A stretch of 64,000 bases of DNA from Blastocatellia bacterium (GTDB lineage Bacteria; Acidobacteriota; Blastocatellia; UBA7656), in contig CAVXWP010000009.1 in NCBI GenBank assembly GCA_963765495.1, forward strand, positions 352,001 through 416,000, in the 5' to 3' direction. Positions 32,935 through 42,770 of this stretch are shown here, in pieces (the stretch's first letter is position 1; every line of letters begins with the position of its first letter). Both the position numbers and the translations under genes were made by a program. A model generated the notes under the pieces. The model worked only from the letters and a program-made list of their open reading frames with translations. It had not been told where the DNA came from and searched no databases.

Positions 32935-35631
32935 TCACTCGTATCTCAGCGCGGTAAGCGGATCAACCTTCGACGCTCGTCTCGCGGGCAGCCAGCAGGC
33001 GACGAGCGCCACCGCAATCAGGACGAAAGCGATAGCGGCAAACGTCACGGGGTCGCGCGAAGGCAACATTGGAATCGCCCATTGAAGAAAACGCGACACG
33101 GCATATGCGCCGCCAAGGCCAAACAACGCGCCCGCCAGACTCAGTCGGATTCCCTGACCGAGCACCAGCAAGAGCACGTCTCCGGGTTGCGCGCCAAGCG
33201 CCATGCGAATTCCGATCTCGCCCGTGCGTTGCGCGACCGAATAAGAGGTCACGCCGTAAATCCCTATGGCGGCAAGCACAAGCCCCAGCAAGGCAAATGC
33301 GCCGAGCAGAGCGCCAAGCAACGAAATATTACCAAGCCCCTGATCTACCATGCTCTGCGCGGTCCGAATCTCAAATACAGCCTGAACAGGGTCAAGTTCT
33401 GCCACGGCCCCACGCAAAGAGCCTGTGAGCAATTCCGGTTTCAGGGATGTGCGTAAGGAAATGATAAGCACTCCCCAGGGAGGCTGAGCCGCCAGCGGAA
33501 CAAAGGATTCGTAGCGGGTGTAGGGCTCGGTAAGACTTGCAGGAATCTCTACATCGTTCACAACGCCTACAACCTCCGACCAGGAAGGGTTGGGACCCGA
33601 CCCTCTGCCGATGCGCTTGCCGACCGCGCTCTGGTCCGGCCAGAACTGTTTGGCCATCGTTTCGTTGATGATGACGACCGAGGGGCTATCGGCAGTGTCG
33701 GCGGAAGTAAAGACGCGGCCTTCGAGCAGTCGGACTCCGAGAGTTTCAAAGTAATTCGGGCTAACGGGTTCGAAAAAGACTTCGGGCCACTGACCGGGTT
33801 GAGGTTCGGGCTGGCCTTCGACCCGAAAAGACCCGCTGCTGTTAAATCCGTAAGGCAGCGTTGACTGTGAAATTGCGACTCGTTCGACACCGGGTATGGC
33901 GCTGAACTTCTCTTCAAGCTGCCGGGCGAAGTCGGCGCGTTGAGAATTCTTCAGATAATTTTCGCCTTGCAGACCTACCTGCGCCATAACGAGTCCGTCC
34001 ACATTCCAGCCGGGATCGAGGCGGGTCAGGCGTTGCAGTCCCCGGAGAAAGAGACCGGCTCCCGTGAGCAACACAAGCGCGAAAGCGATTTCGCCTACGA
34101 TCAGCGCGTGCCGCAGTCGGTTTTGCGAACGGCCCGCCGTCGAGCCGCGCGAATTCTCTCTGAGCGCCTGATTCACATCTGCGCGCGACGCAAGCCACGC
34201 CGGGACCGTGCCAAAGATCAGCCCCGTAAGCACGGAACACAACAGGGCAAATCCAAACACCCTATAATCAATGGCAACCTTCGCGCCCGGCAACTGGCTG
34301 AACAGACGACTGCCGATAAAATCTACGCCCCAGAGCGCGACAAGTAAACTGAGCGCGCCTCCGATGAGCGAGACCGTAAGACTCTCGGTGAGCAACTGTC
34401 TGAGCAGTCGTCCTCGTCCGGCTCCAAGCGCGGCACGGATGGCATATTCGCGGCTGCGCCCAGCGGTGCGGACAAGCTGAAGATTGGCTACGTTTGCGCA
34501 GGCGATGAGGAGGACGAACCCCGCAAGGCCAAAGGTAAACCACATGACATGCCGTCCCGTTTCATCCGACATAGACATCTGCAACGGTTCGAGACGAATG
34601 CTGTCGTTTTCGTTCACGGCAATCTCTTTCCTGATATTTGCAGCGAGCGCAATCATTGACTGCTCGGCCTGCTCAATCGTCACGCCGGGTTTCAGCCGCC
34701 CGATGGCCTGCAAGAAATTGTTATCCCGATCCCGCCGCGACTCCGCCGTGAATGCCTGCGGAGACCACATGTCAATCGGCCCCCACAACAGCGGATACTC
34801 AGTCCCGGCAGGCATCACGCCGATAATCTTGGCATCCCACCCGTTCAGCTTAAGCGTGCGCCCGATGACCGACGGGTCACCGCCGAAACGCCGCATCCAG
34901 TAGTCGTGGTTGAGGACGACCACTCCGTTTGAAGGGATCATCTCCTCTTCGGCGGTGAACACTCGGCCCAGTTCTGGTCTGACGCCAAGCACATCGAAGT
35001 AATCAGCCGTGGCAGTCAAACACTGCACACGTTCGGCAGGCTGTCCCGGTTCGGACATGCTGATGCTCACCCAGGAGAACGCTGTCATGTGTTCGAATAC
35101 GCTGTTCTGATCGCGGTAATCGAAGAAGTTGCCGGGTGAGTGCGGCCAGCTTTGAGAATGCGGAGAGGTGCGATAGATGCGCACAAGCCGGTCCGCCTCC
35201 GGGTAGGGAAGCGCGTGAAACAGATACGTATTCAGCACGCTGAACATCGCTGTGTTTGCCCCTATGCCGAGCGCAAGCGTCAGCACCGCCACAAAGCTGA
35301 AGCCGGGACTCTTGCGAAGCATCCGCAAGCCAAATCGAAGGTCCTGCCAGAGATTGCCCATTATCCTGCTCCTCCTGTTATTTCCCCAAACTACGGGGTC
35401 GTATCTTTCCTGGCGTTCGACACGGCGCAACTCTTGAGCGAGCAGTTCGCTCTCGCTCAATTCCTCCATGATCGCGGTCCTTGCCTCCTCGGGAGTCGCG
35501 CCGTCGGTCAATAGCTCCTCATAAAGAGAATCGAGATGTTCGGCCATCTCTTCGACTATTTCGGCCTCGCGCCACGGTGTAAGCCTCAGGCCCGCGAGCC
35601 TTCCACTGATCTCTTCTTTCCAATCAGGCAT
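32935..35631 (-). CDS. ADOP-family ABC permease with N-terminal prefix domain
   Basis: [29 protein letters not shown] prefix, typical of permeases next to PadR; the start overlaps the padR stop (ATGCCTGA). Confidence 0.93.
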   Translation of the reverse strand: MPDWKEEISGRLAGLRLTPWREAEIVEEMAEHLDSLYEELLTDGATPEEARTAIMEELSESELLAQELRRVERQERYDPVVWGNNRRSRIMGNLWQDLRFGLRMLRKSPGFSFVAVLTLALGIGANTAMFSVLNTYLFHALPYPEADRLVRIYRTSPHSQSWPHSPGNFFDYRDQNSVFEHMTAFSWVSISMSEPGQPAERVQCLTATADYFDVLGVRPELGRVFTAEEEMIPSNGVVVLNHDYWMRRFGGDPSVIGRTLKLNGWDAKIIGVMPAGTEYPLLWGPIDMWSPQAFTAESRRDRDNNFLQAIGRLKPGVTIEQAEQSMIALAANIRKEIAVNENDSIRLEPLQMSMSDETGRHVMWFTFGLAGFVLLIACANVANLQLVRTAGRSREYAIRAALGAGRGRLLRQLLTESLTVSLIGGALSLLVALWGVDFIGSRLFSQLPGAKVAIDYRVFGFALLCSVLTGLIFGTVPAWLASRADVNQALRENSRGSTAGRSQNRLRHALIVGEIAFALVLLTGAGLFLRGLQRLTRLDPGWNVDGLVMAQVGLQGENYLKNSQRADFARQLEEKFSAIPGVERVAISQSTLPYGFNSSGSFRVEGQPEPQPGQWPEVFFEPVSPNYFETLGVRLLEGRVFTSADTADSPSVVIINETMAKQFWPDQSAVGKRIGRGSGPNPSWSEVVGVVNDVEIPASLTEPYTRYESFVPLAAQPPWGVLIISLRTSLKPELLTGSLRGAVAELDPVQAVFEIRTAQSMVDQGLGNISLLGALLGAFALLGLVLAAIGIYGVTSYSVAQRTGEIGIRMALGAQPGDVLLLVLGQGIRLSLAGALFGLGGAYAVSRFLQWAIPMLPSRDPVTFAAIAFVLIAVALVACWLPARRASKVDPLTALRYE

Positions 35632-35977
35632 TTTCAATCCCTGTGATGCGATTGATCGCCTCGACAAATTCGCGCCACGTATTTCGCTGTGATGCGAGAA
35701 CCTTCTTGCCTTCCGAGGTCAACCGGTAATACCTGCGCCTGCGCTGCCCGGCCTTCTCTACCCATCGGCCCTGAATCCATCCGCGCTTCTCCAGCCTGTA
35801 AAGCAACGGATAAAGCGAAGCCACATTGAAACGCAGCATCCCGCCCGAACGCGCTTCGATCAATTTGCTGATGTCATAGCCGTGGCGCGGCTGATCCTCG
35901 ACAAGCGAAAGAATCAATAATTCCGCGCTGCCCTTCTTCAACTCCCGGTCGAACATCCGCGATTTAATATGTGTCAT
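35624..35977 (-). CDS. PadR family transcriptional regulator
   Basis: [39 protein letters not shown]. Start is uncertain (35983, 35977 or 35956). Confidence 0.93.
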   Translation of the reverse strand: MTHIKSRMFDRELKKGSAELLILSLVEDQPRHGYDISKLIEARSGGMLRFNVASLYPLLYRLEKRGWIQGRWVEKAGQRRRRYYRLTSEGKKVLASQRNTWREFVEAINRITGIENA

Positions 35978-36014
35978 AGACACATATTATTAAGATGAAT
36001 ATAAAAGCTGTCAA
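35965..36014 (-). promoter_or_regulatory. Sigma70-type promoter overlapped by a perfect palindromic operator
   Basis: Minus strand TTGACA-17 nt-AATAAT (36014 to 35986); palindrome TAATATGTGTC-ATA-GACACATATTA at 35965-35989. Confidence 0.7.
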
Positions 36015-36072
36015 GATGGGATTTGAGATTTGTGAGATTTGAAATTTGAGACACCAGATGGCCCGGCCCGGC

Positions 36073-36214
36073 CAGGGCCATTCAGTTTTCCAAAATGTAG
36101 AATTGGAAAATAGAAAATAGGCCGTCCCGGCCTATTCCCACTCGCCTTTCGTTCGAATTAACCTGCAAAAATTTTGTCGCATACAGCCCGCTACTCAAAA
36201 ACTGAATGGTCCTG
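36073..36214. mobile_element. MITE-like element with 17-bp terminal inverted repeats
   Basis: CAGGGCCATTCAGTTTT...AAAACTGAATGGTCCTG (16/17 match); related copies at 46442, 55749 and 32753. Confidence 0.7.
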
Positions 36215-36320
36215 CTGCCCGGCGGTCTCCAAAGGCTTATCCGAGCAAAGAGTGTTGAACTTGCGTCGATCGGTCCATATAATCACCGGGCACTCTTTTT
36301 ATAGACGATCAGCAGGGATA

Positions 36321-36896
36321 ATGAGTATTTCCAGTCCGATATATTGCCAGGATTGCGGGAGGGCCAACGGAGCTGCCGCCAACAAGTGTCTGTGGTGCGG
36401 TGTGCCGTTGCAGCAAGGGGCCTCGCCTGGCAAGTTCGAGGCTACGCAGGTCGAGATAGATTATCTTGGCGGCATAGAGAGGCTGAATGATCCTATGGCG
36501 GTCAAGCTCGTCATCAACACCTCGGGAATAGAGGTGAGCGAGATCATTCCCGGGAGCAGAAAGATCACTATCCCGGCAGCCGCGCTCATAGAAACCCGCG
36601 TTGTAGACGCGACGACGATAGTCGAAGGCAAACGAGTGCGCTCGAAATGGTGGTGGGTGGCGCTCGGCCCGCTAGCTCTTATGGTCCGGGGCAAGAAGCT
36701 GCCCGACACGATAAAGCACGATTATATTCTGACGATAAAATTCCGGTCGGGCCAAGAGGTATCAAACGCGGTTTTTCACAGAGAAGACCGCCTCGGATTA
36801 TCCCTGGTCAACGGGCTTGCGAGGATAATAACATCGCTCATTCAGAGGGACCGGGGAGAGATTACAGGTTACAGAGGAAAGGGGACAGGCGGCTAG
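36321..36896 (+). CDS. Hypothetical protein with N-terminal zinc ribbon and a hydrophobic segment
   Basis: CQDC..CLWC motif; WWWVALGPLALMV; start re-set to the ATG at 36321, downstream of the MITE. Confidence 0.65.
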   Translation: MSISSPIYCQDCGRANGAAANKCLWCGVPLQQGASPGKFEATQVEIDYLGGIERLNDPMAVKLVINTSGIEVSEIIPGSRKITIPAAALIETRVVDATTIVEGKRVRSKWWWVALGPLALMVRGKKLPDTIKHDYILTIKFRSGQEVSNAVFHREDRLGLSLVNGLARIITSLIQRDRGEITGYRGKGTGG

Positions 36897-36940
36897 GGAC
36901 ACATCCTGTTCCCTCTAACCTGTAACCTGTAACCTCTCTC
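36855..36940. repeat. Inverted-heptamer hairpin (GGTTACA/TGTAACC) between convergent genes
   Basis: GAGAGATTACAGGTTACAGAGG...CCTCTAACCTGTAACCTGTAACCTCTCTC. Confidence 0.75.
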
Positions 36941-38499
36941 TATTCAAACTCAAATGGATTTGGCGCGCCCGAGGCAAGTGTCTGTTCCAGGCGCTGGCGG
37001 CGCGGTTCGATCTCCTTAGAGAAATACTCCGTAAATGCTTCTATCACCTTCGGGTCAAAGTAAAAGCCCGAACGCTTGGCAAGCTCTTCTACAGCCTGTT
37101 GAGGCGATATAGGTTCGTTGTAGACCCGCTCTTCGACCAGCGCATCAAAGGCGTCGGCTACGGCAACTATGCGGCTGCCCAGTGGTATCTCTTCGCCGTG
37201 GAGTCCGTGCGGGTAGCCCGTGCCGTCCCATCTCTCATGATGGGCGGCGGCGACATAGGGGATGTCGGCCAGGTCTTCCGGGAAACGTATCTTCGACAGG
37301 AGCTTGAAGGTATGTTGAGGATGCTGCTTTATGTGCTCGTATTCTTCGGGAGTCAGGCTGGCGGGTTTCAGCAATATATCGTCGCGTATTCCGATCTTTC
37401 CGTAATCGTGCAGCAGCCCCGCATAATAAACCGAGCGGCATTGCGATTTCGTCATCCCCATCGTGCGGGCTATTCCGGCTGCATAGACTCCTACGCGGGC
37501 CGAGTGCCCCGCCGTATTATCGTCGCGCACATCGAGGCTCGCGGCGAGGGTGCGAATAAAACTCTCAAGCGAGTAGCGCTGTTCTTCGAGCAGGTAAAGA
37601 TTCTCCATAGCGAGTCCGACCTGCCGCGCAAGCGCGGTCAAAAATTCCAGTTCTTCGTCATCGAAACTGCGGTCGCCGTTTACGTTATCGACGTAACAGA
37701 CGCCCCACAACTTCGTCTTTGATCCGATGGGCGCGCAAATGACCGATCTTATGGCTTGAAAGCGGACCGATTCACCTTCGGCAAAACGTTTGTCGTGCTG
37801 CGCATCGAGGCTGAAGACGGCTACGTTCTGCCTGTATACGCGGTTAGTAACGCTGCGGCTCGGTTTGAACTTCAGCCCCGACGGGTAGGAAGCCTTAACT
37901 TCGAGAGAGTCCTGATGGCGGTTGTGAATCAGCACGGCGCAACGCTCGGGCCGGATCGTTTTATGCAGGAAAGCGGCGAGCCTGTCGCAGAGTTCATCCG
38001 ACGAATGCGCGGTCAGCACTTCGCTTGTGAATTCGTAGAGGGCGCGCAAGTGGTCTACTGTCTCGTGGGTCAGCTCGCCCGAATCAGGGAGTTGGGAGAC
38101 GTTTAGAAAGCGCGCCTCTTCGGGCGCGATTACGCGCACCGGATGTACGGAAACAAAGATGTCTTCGGCGGGTATATCCGTCTCTTCTCTCGACTCCTTC
38201 AGGTTGAAGACAAATTCCACGCCGTGGCCCCGGCCCAGCCTTATCCGGTCCTCGTCCTTAAGCATCGAGTGCTTTACCTGTTTATCGTTTACGAATGTGC
38301 CGGATGTGCTGCCCAGATCGGTCACGAAATAGAACGAACCGTCAAAGCTGACTTCGGCGTGAAATCGCGAGATGTAAGGGTTATCTATGGCGAGGCCGTT
38401 CTCATCCAGGCGACCGATGGTGAGGCTGCGCTCTCTCAGTTTATAGACACACTCTTCGTCGTTGGAATCCTTATAGGTCAGACTGGCTTTCGTCCCCAT
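36940..38499 (-). CDS. FHA-GAF-HD-GYP phosphodiesterase
   Basis: FHA (IGR..SRFH..DLGSTSGTFVN), GAF (SVICAPI..YVDN), HD-GYP (LHDYGKIG, HHERWDGTGYP). Confidence 0.9.
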   Translation of the reverse strand: MGTKASLTYKDSNDEECVYKLRERSLTIGRLDENGLAIDNPYISRFHAEVSFDGSFYFVTDLGSTSGTFVNDKQVKHSMLKDEDRIRLGRGHGVEFVFNLKESREETDIPAEDIFVSVHPVRVIAPEEARFLNVSQLPDSGELTHETVDHLRALYEFTSEVLTAHSSDELCDRLAAFLHKTIRPERCAVLIHNRHQDSLEVKASYPSGLKFKPSRSVTNRVYRQNVAVFSLDAQHDKRFAEGESVRFQAIRSVICAPIGSKTKLWGVCYVDNVNGDRSFDDEELEFLTALARQVGLAMENLYLLEEQRYSLESFIRTLAASLDVRDDNTAGHSARVGVYAAGIARTMGMTKSQCRSVYYAGLLHDYGKIGIRDDILLKPASLTPEEYEHIKQHPQHTFKLLSKIRFPEDLADIPYVAAAHHERWDGTGYPHGLHGEEIPLGSRIVAVADAFDALVEERVYNEPISPQQAVEELAKRSGFYFDPKVIEAFTEYFSKEIEPRRQRLEQTLASGAPNPFEFE

Positions 38500-38544
38500 A
38501 ACTTCCCCTTTTGTCTGTGGAAGACCGAGTTCCCGTTCAGACGA

Positions 38545-38895
38545 TCAGTATCCGCGCATCTCGCAGGCGCCCGAATTTACGCAGGCGCGGCCAGGTTCCA
38601 TAAAGCAGGTCTTCGGTGAGCGCGCAGACCCGGCAGGCTCGGTCAGCGAAAATTTCTCAAGCCCCGGATGGAGATTCTCGCCAGTTGCCGGGATGAATTT
38701 ATCAACAGGCCTCGAATTACTATCGGTTTCGACCGTCACTCTCTTTGCCTCCGACTGATCAAGCACAATCAGGACAATACCGGGCTGATCATTTGCGGGC
38801 AAGCCCCTGACAGGCTTTGGCTCAGACGCGGTTTCGAGCCGGTCGAGGATCGCCGCAAGCACTCGGCGCGCAAGGTCTTGATCGGATGACTGCAT
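38545..38895 (-). CDS. Hypothetical BMC-associated protein with C-terminal Cys motif
   Basis: Co-oriented downstream of two EutN genes; amphipathic N-terminal helix; ends CFMEPGRACVNSGACEMRGY. Confidence 0.6.
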   Translation of the reverse strand: MQSSDQDLARRVLAAILDRLETASEPKPVRGLPANDQPGIVLIVLDQSEAKRVTVETDSNSRPVDKFIPATGENLHPGLEKFSLTEPAGSARSPKTCFMEPGRACVNSGACEMRGY

Positions 38896-38991
38896 AATTT
38901 TTTTGACGGGATTTACAGGATCGCCGCAGGATTTACAGAATTACTTTCAACCGAAACGCTCGGTCCTGTTCCCGGTTGTTAAATCTTCGAC

Positions 38992-39261
38992 TCAATACTC
39001 AATCGTATCAACGACACCGACTATGGCCGAATCAATCGCTGCGCCCGGCTGCCCCGTCGAAGAGGTCGAAGCCGACCAGCCTTCGCGCACCACAACCACC
39101 GTATCTCCGACACCGGCATCAACGGAATCAAGCGCCAGCATCTCGACGCCTTCCGGCGTGCCTTCAGGGCTGATGGGCTGGACTACGAGTATGCGCCCGC
39201 CTTCGTAACGGGCATCTTTTTGTGTGGCTACCACATTTCCGACTACTCTGGCCAGCAGCAT
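38992..39261 (-). CDS. EutN/CcmL family microcompartment pentamer (BMC-P)
   Basis: MLLARVVGNVVATQK..ALDSVDAGVGDTV..DSAIVGVVD. Confidence 0.92.
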   Translation of the reverse strand: MLLARVVGNVVATQKDARYEGGRILVVQPISPEGTPEGVEMLALDSVDAGVGDTVVVVREGWSASTSSTGQPGAAIDSAIVGVVDTIEY

Positions 39262-39276
39262 ATTCTTATACCAGAA

Positions 39277-39546
39277 TCAACTCTCCAAAAAAACGGTGTC
39301 GACTATTCCGACAATAGTGCAATCGGTCGGAACCTCTGACGGCATGAAGGGAAACGATGCCTCGCGCCCGCGACACCAGAAGATTATTTCACCCTTGCCC
39401 GCTCCGACCGAGTCAATTGCAACCATAGACTGACCGGCATCCTCAAGACTGGCGGTCAGCGGCTGTATGACGAGCAGCTTTCGTCCTTCGAGCGCCTCGC
39501 TTTTGACCGTAGAGACTACTGTACCAATAACGCGGGCTAATTGCAT
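39277..39546 (-). CDS. EutN/CcmL family microcompartment pentamer (BMC-P)
   Basis: Start re-set to MQLARVIGTVVSTVK; AIDSVGAGKGE..DCTIVGIVD. Confidence 0.92.
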   Translation of the reverse strand: MQLARVIGTVVSTVKSEALEGRKLLVIQPLTASLEDAGQSMVAIDSVGAGKGEIIFWCRGREASFPFMPSEVPTDCTIVGIVDTVFLES

Positions 39547-39611
39547 GGGTGACCTTTTTCTGTAGTTTGAGCGACCTTCGGTTACAAGCTTGCGCGCACC
39601 TGTGCCGTGTG

Positions 39612-40250
39612 TCAAGGATTTGAATGTTCTTTTTGAGCGGCCTCGGCATTCCATTGATCGCGTTTCACGAGCGTGACGCTTTTGAGCACGACCGGGTCCA
39701 TAGGCCTGTCGGTCTTTGGCCAGACCGGCGCTCGGGCTATCAGGTCGGCCACGTGCTGGCCTTCTATGACCCTGCCAAAGATCGAGTATTTGCCGTCCCA
39801 TTGCGGTTCGTTGCCTACGCAGATGAAGAACTGGCTCGTGGCGCTGTTTTCATCATTCCCTTTACGGGCAGCCGACACAATGCCGGGTTCGTGCTTCAGA
39901 GTTTGCGAAAACTCGGCGGGAACGGTCTTCTGCCCCGGCTGGCCCTTGCCCCACGTGGAGACATCGCCGTTTATGGTATTTGGGTCGCCGCCTTGAATCG
40001 CGACCGGCCCGGTCTGGCTCTTCACAAGACGATGAAATTTTGTGCCGTTAAAAAAACCTTCGGTCGCCAGTTCCTTGAAATTGGCTACGTGTTTTGGAGC
40101 CACATCGGGGAAAAACTCTATAACGATCCGACCGTAGCTGGTATCGAGCACGGCGACCTCATCGCTTCCGGCCGCGCTCTTGCCGCACGAAATCGAACCG
40201 AGCGATATAAGAACCACGACTAAAAATAGTGATACTAATCTGATCTTCAT
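39612..40250 (-). CDS. Cyclophilin-type peptidyl-prolyl isomerase, probable lipoprotein
   Basis: APKHVANF, FHRLV, IQGGDP, SATSQFFI, YSIFGRV motifs; lipobox-like SISC. Confidence 0.92.
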   Translation of the reverse strand: MKIRLVSLFLVVVLISLGSISCGKSAAGSDEVAVLDTSYGRIVIEFFPDVAPKHVANFKELATEGFFNGTKFHRLVKSQTGPVAIQGGDPNTINGDVSTWGKGQPGQKTVPAEFSQTLKHEPGIVSAARKGNDENSATSQFFICVGNEPQWDGKYSIFGRVIEGQHVADLIARAPVWPKTDRPMDPVVLKSVTLVKRDQWNAEAAQKEHSNP

Positions 40251-40283
40251 CAAACTCCCTAAATCTGGTTCTCATGAACCACT

Positions 40284-41768
40284 TTACCCCTGGTTATCGA
40301 GCGCCTCCTTGAGCAGGCTGTTGACGATCTGCGGGTTGGCCCGCCCGCCGCTTGCCTTCATCACCTGACCTACGAAGAAACCGTAAAGCCCAACCTTTCC
40401 GCCCCGGTACTGTTCGAGTTGTTTGGGATTGGCAATCAGAGCCTGTTCAATAATCAGCCTGATCTCGGCTTCATCCGAGACCTGCCCTCCGCCCATCTCG
40501 CGCACAACCTCATAGGCCGAGCGCCCGCTCCCGTACATCTCTATCAACACGTCCTTGGCCATCTTTCCGCTGATAGTGGCCTCGTCGATCATCTTTATCA
40601 TACCGGCAAGCCCGGCCTCACTCACAGGGCTTTTGTCAATATCGGTCCCCGTGTTTTTAAGCTCTCGCAAAAGCTCATTCAAAATCCAGTTGGCTGCCGT
40701 CTTCGCGTTGCCCGACGCGCGCGCAACCTCTTCGAAGTAGTCGGCAAGCAATCGCGAATCCGTAAGCTGCGCGGCATCATCGAGAGCCAGCCCGTACTCT
40801 TCTATGAAACGCCGGCGGCGCGCTTCCGGCAGTTCCGGCATCCCATCGCGCACCCGCTCGACGCCCTCCTCCGGGACGACGAGCGGCGGCAGATCGGGCT
40901 CCGGGAAATAGCGATAATCGTGCGCTTCTTCTTTCGAGCGCATAGAAAAGGTCATGGACTCGCGCTCATTCCAGAGCCGCGTCTCCTGAACAATTGTTCC
41001 CCCGGCTTCGAGGGCTGCAATCTGGCGATCAATTTCGTATTCGATTGCTCGCTGAAGAAACCGAAACGAGTTGAGGTTCTTAAGCTCGACCCTTGTGCCA
41101 AACTTCTCCGCGCCCTTGAGCCGCACCGATACGTTGGCGTCGCAGCGCAGGCTTCCCTCTTCCATGTTGCCGTCGCACACGCCTACATAGATCAGCGTGC
41201 GCCGCAGGTACTGCATATAGTCGTAGGCTTCCCAGGAGGAGCGAAAATCGGGCTCCGAGACTATCTCAGCCAGAGGCACGCCGCTGCGGTTCAAATCGAC
41301 GTAAGACTTTGTCGCCGATTCCAGCATCACGCCTTCGTGCAAGGATTTGCCCGCGTCTTCTTCCAGATGAAGTCGGGTGATATTAAACCGCTTCATGCGC
41401 CACTCTACGGCATGGCCGGATTCGTTCCGCTCACTTGTAGGAATCTCTACCCAGCCGTGCTCGGAGAAGGGTCTGTCGTATTGAGATATTTGATAGCCCT
41501 TTGGAAGATCGGGGTAGAAATAGTTTTTGCGCGAGAAGATCGATTCATTATTCACGCGCAGATTGAGCGCAAGCGCCGCGCGCGTGGCCATCTCTATAAC
41601 TCTGCGGTTTAGCACAGGCAGAGCGCCGGGAAGCCCCAGGCAGACCGGGCAGGTGTTTGAGTTAGGCTCATCGCCAAAGCGGGTCGAGCATCCGCAAAAT
41701 ATTTTTGAATCGGTCTTGAGTTGAGCATGAATTTCAAGCCCGATTACGGGTTCATATTTTTCCCTCAT
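40284..41768 (-). CDS. gatB: Asp-tRNA(Asn)/Glu-tRNA(Gln) amidotransferase subunit B
   Basis: IGLEIHAQL, RKNYFYPDLPKGYQISQ, GSLRCDANVS, YRYFPEPDL motifs. Confidence 0.98.
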   Translation of the reverse strand: MREKYEPVIGLEIHAQLKTDSKIFCGCSTRFGDEPNSNTCPVCLGLPGALPVLNRRVIEMATRAALALNLRVNNESIFSRKNYFYPDLPKGYQISQYDRPFSEHGWVEIPTSERNESGHAVEWRMKRFNITRLHLEEDAGKSLHEGVMLESATKSYVDLNRSGVPLAEIVSEPDFRSSWEAYDYMQYLRRTLIYVGVCDGNMEEGSLRCDANVSVRLKGAEKFGTRVELKNLNSFRFLQRAIEYEIDRQIAALEAGGTIVQETRLWNERESMTFSMRSKEEAHDYRYFPEPDLPPLVVPEEGVERVRDGMPELPEARRRRFIEEYGLALDDAAQLTDSRLLADYFEEVARASGNAKTAANWILNELLRELKNTGTDIDKSPVSEAGLAGMIKMIDEATISGKMAKDVLIEMYGSGRSAYEVVREMGGGQVSDEAEIRLIIEQALIANPKQLEQYRGGKVGLYGFFVGQVMKASGGRANPQIVNSLLKEALDNQG

Positions 41769-41804
41769 AATTCTTTCACCGGTTGGGTGGCAAAAAGTAT
41801 AGCA

Positions 41805-41946
41805 TAGGCAGTAAGCAGTAAGCGGTAGGCAGTAGGCAGTTGATACTGAACTGACGACTACTGCTAAAGGGTGTGCGGGTATGCAAATGAATAGTTGGTA
41901 TCCGCCTCCGTCACTGCCTACTGCCTACTGCCTACCGCCTACCGCT
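41805..41946. repeat. Inverted-heptamer hairpin (TAGGCAG/CTGCCTA)
   Basis: About five units per arm around a core of about 70 bp; abuts the 41946 stop codon. Confidence 0.85.
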
Positions 41947-42524
41947 CAAGGTTGCATCCAGGCATATTTCCTGACCCGGCGGCGCGCGAGCCTGTTCAAC
42001 CGCACCTCGGCATGCGGCGCTGAGGTCTTTAATTCGCCTAGCAGTTCGCGCATTCGACCGGTTCGGCCCATTGCTTTGTGCATCTCTCTGATCTTACAAG
42101 GGCCTGTGATTTCAAGATCGACATTCGAGATTGTTATCTCTGAAAACATGCCTTTGACTCTCAGGCTGGCTCCCGCGATGATAGTTGCGGCCACTTCTAT
42201 TTCCGTAACGCCTGTCCACGGAATAAAAGCGTGTTCGCGCCCGTTATGAGTTTCGCGTATTCCTTCACGGGTCAGTTCGACCGTCTGCCGGGCCTCGCGC
42301 GCGAAAATCCATAGGATCGCCCCGTAAACAAGCCACATCAAGCTAATCAGGGCCGTAACGAAAGCCAGTATGATTATGCCTACCAGCGCTCTGTTGGAAA
42401 TGTAAGCGCCTAACTCGGCCAGAATCACGCCGCTTGTCGCGTAGACAGTCGTGAGCGCCACGACGAGCTTTCTGTAGGCTCTCGTGTAAAAATAACTTCC
42501 AGACCGCTTGATCAAAATCTCCAC
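41946..42524 (-). CDS. Hypothetical membrane protein
   Basis: Two hydrophobic helices followed by a soluble domain. Confidence 0.6.
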   Translation of the reverse strand: MEILIKRSGSYFYTRAYRKLVVALTTVYATSGVILAELGAYISNRALVGIIILAFVTALISLMWLVYGAILWIFAREARQTVELTREGIRETHNGREHAFIPWTGVTEIEVAATIIAGASLRVKGMFSEITISNVDLEITGPCKIREMHKAMGRTGRMRELLGELKTSAPHAEVRLNRLARRRVRKYAWMQP

Positions 42525-42770
42525 TCGATTATTCTCGCTCGTTTTGAGTAAATCGGGCCCGCGCGCCTGATGAAAATTATATCAGCGCCCGCGCGCGATG
42601 CCACAAAAAATCCCGCAAGGTCATCAAGTTCTTGATTGAAGGTGGGAAACCGATGATCGAAAGCTTTGCCTGCTTTGAGTCTCTGCGCCCTGGCGAGAAT
42701 CTACCTCTTGCCCATATGCCAAGCACCCTGAGTACGCCAGGCATTTCCTGAAATTTAATTGGCCCTGTAT

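Noticed and set aside
38903-38990. Degenerate ACAGGATTT 9-mer repeats (also at about 58345-58380)
   Set aside because: Probably decayed relatives of the nonamer hairpins, but too degenerate to delimit.
42747-42767. Possible MITE end (reverse complement CAGGGCCAATTAAATTT) making the mod operon a composite transposon
   Set aside because: The match is mainly the first 8 bases, it faces away from the operon, and no partner end was found.
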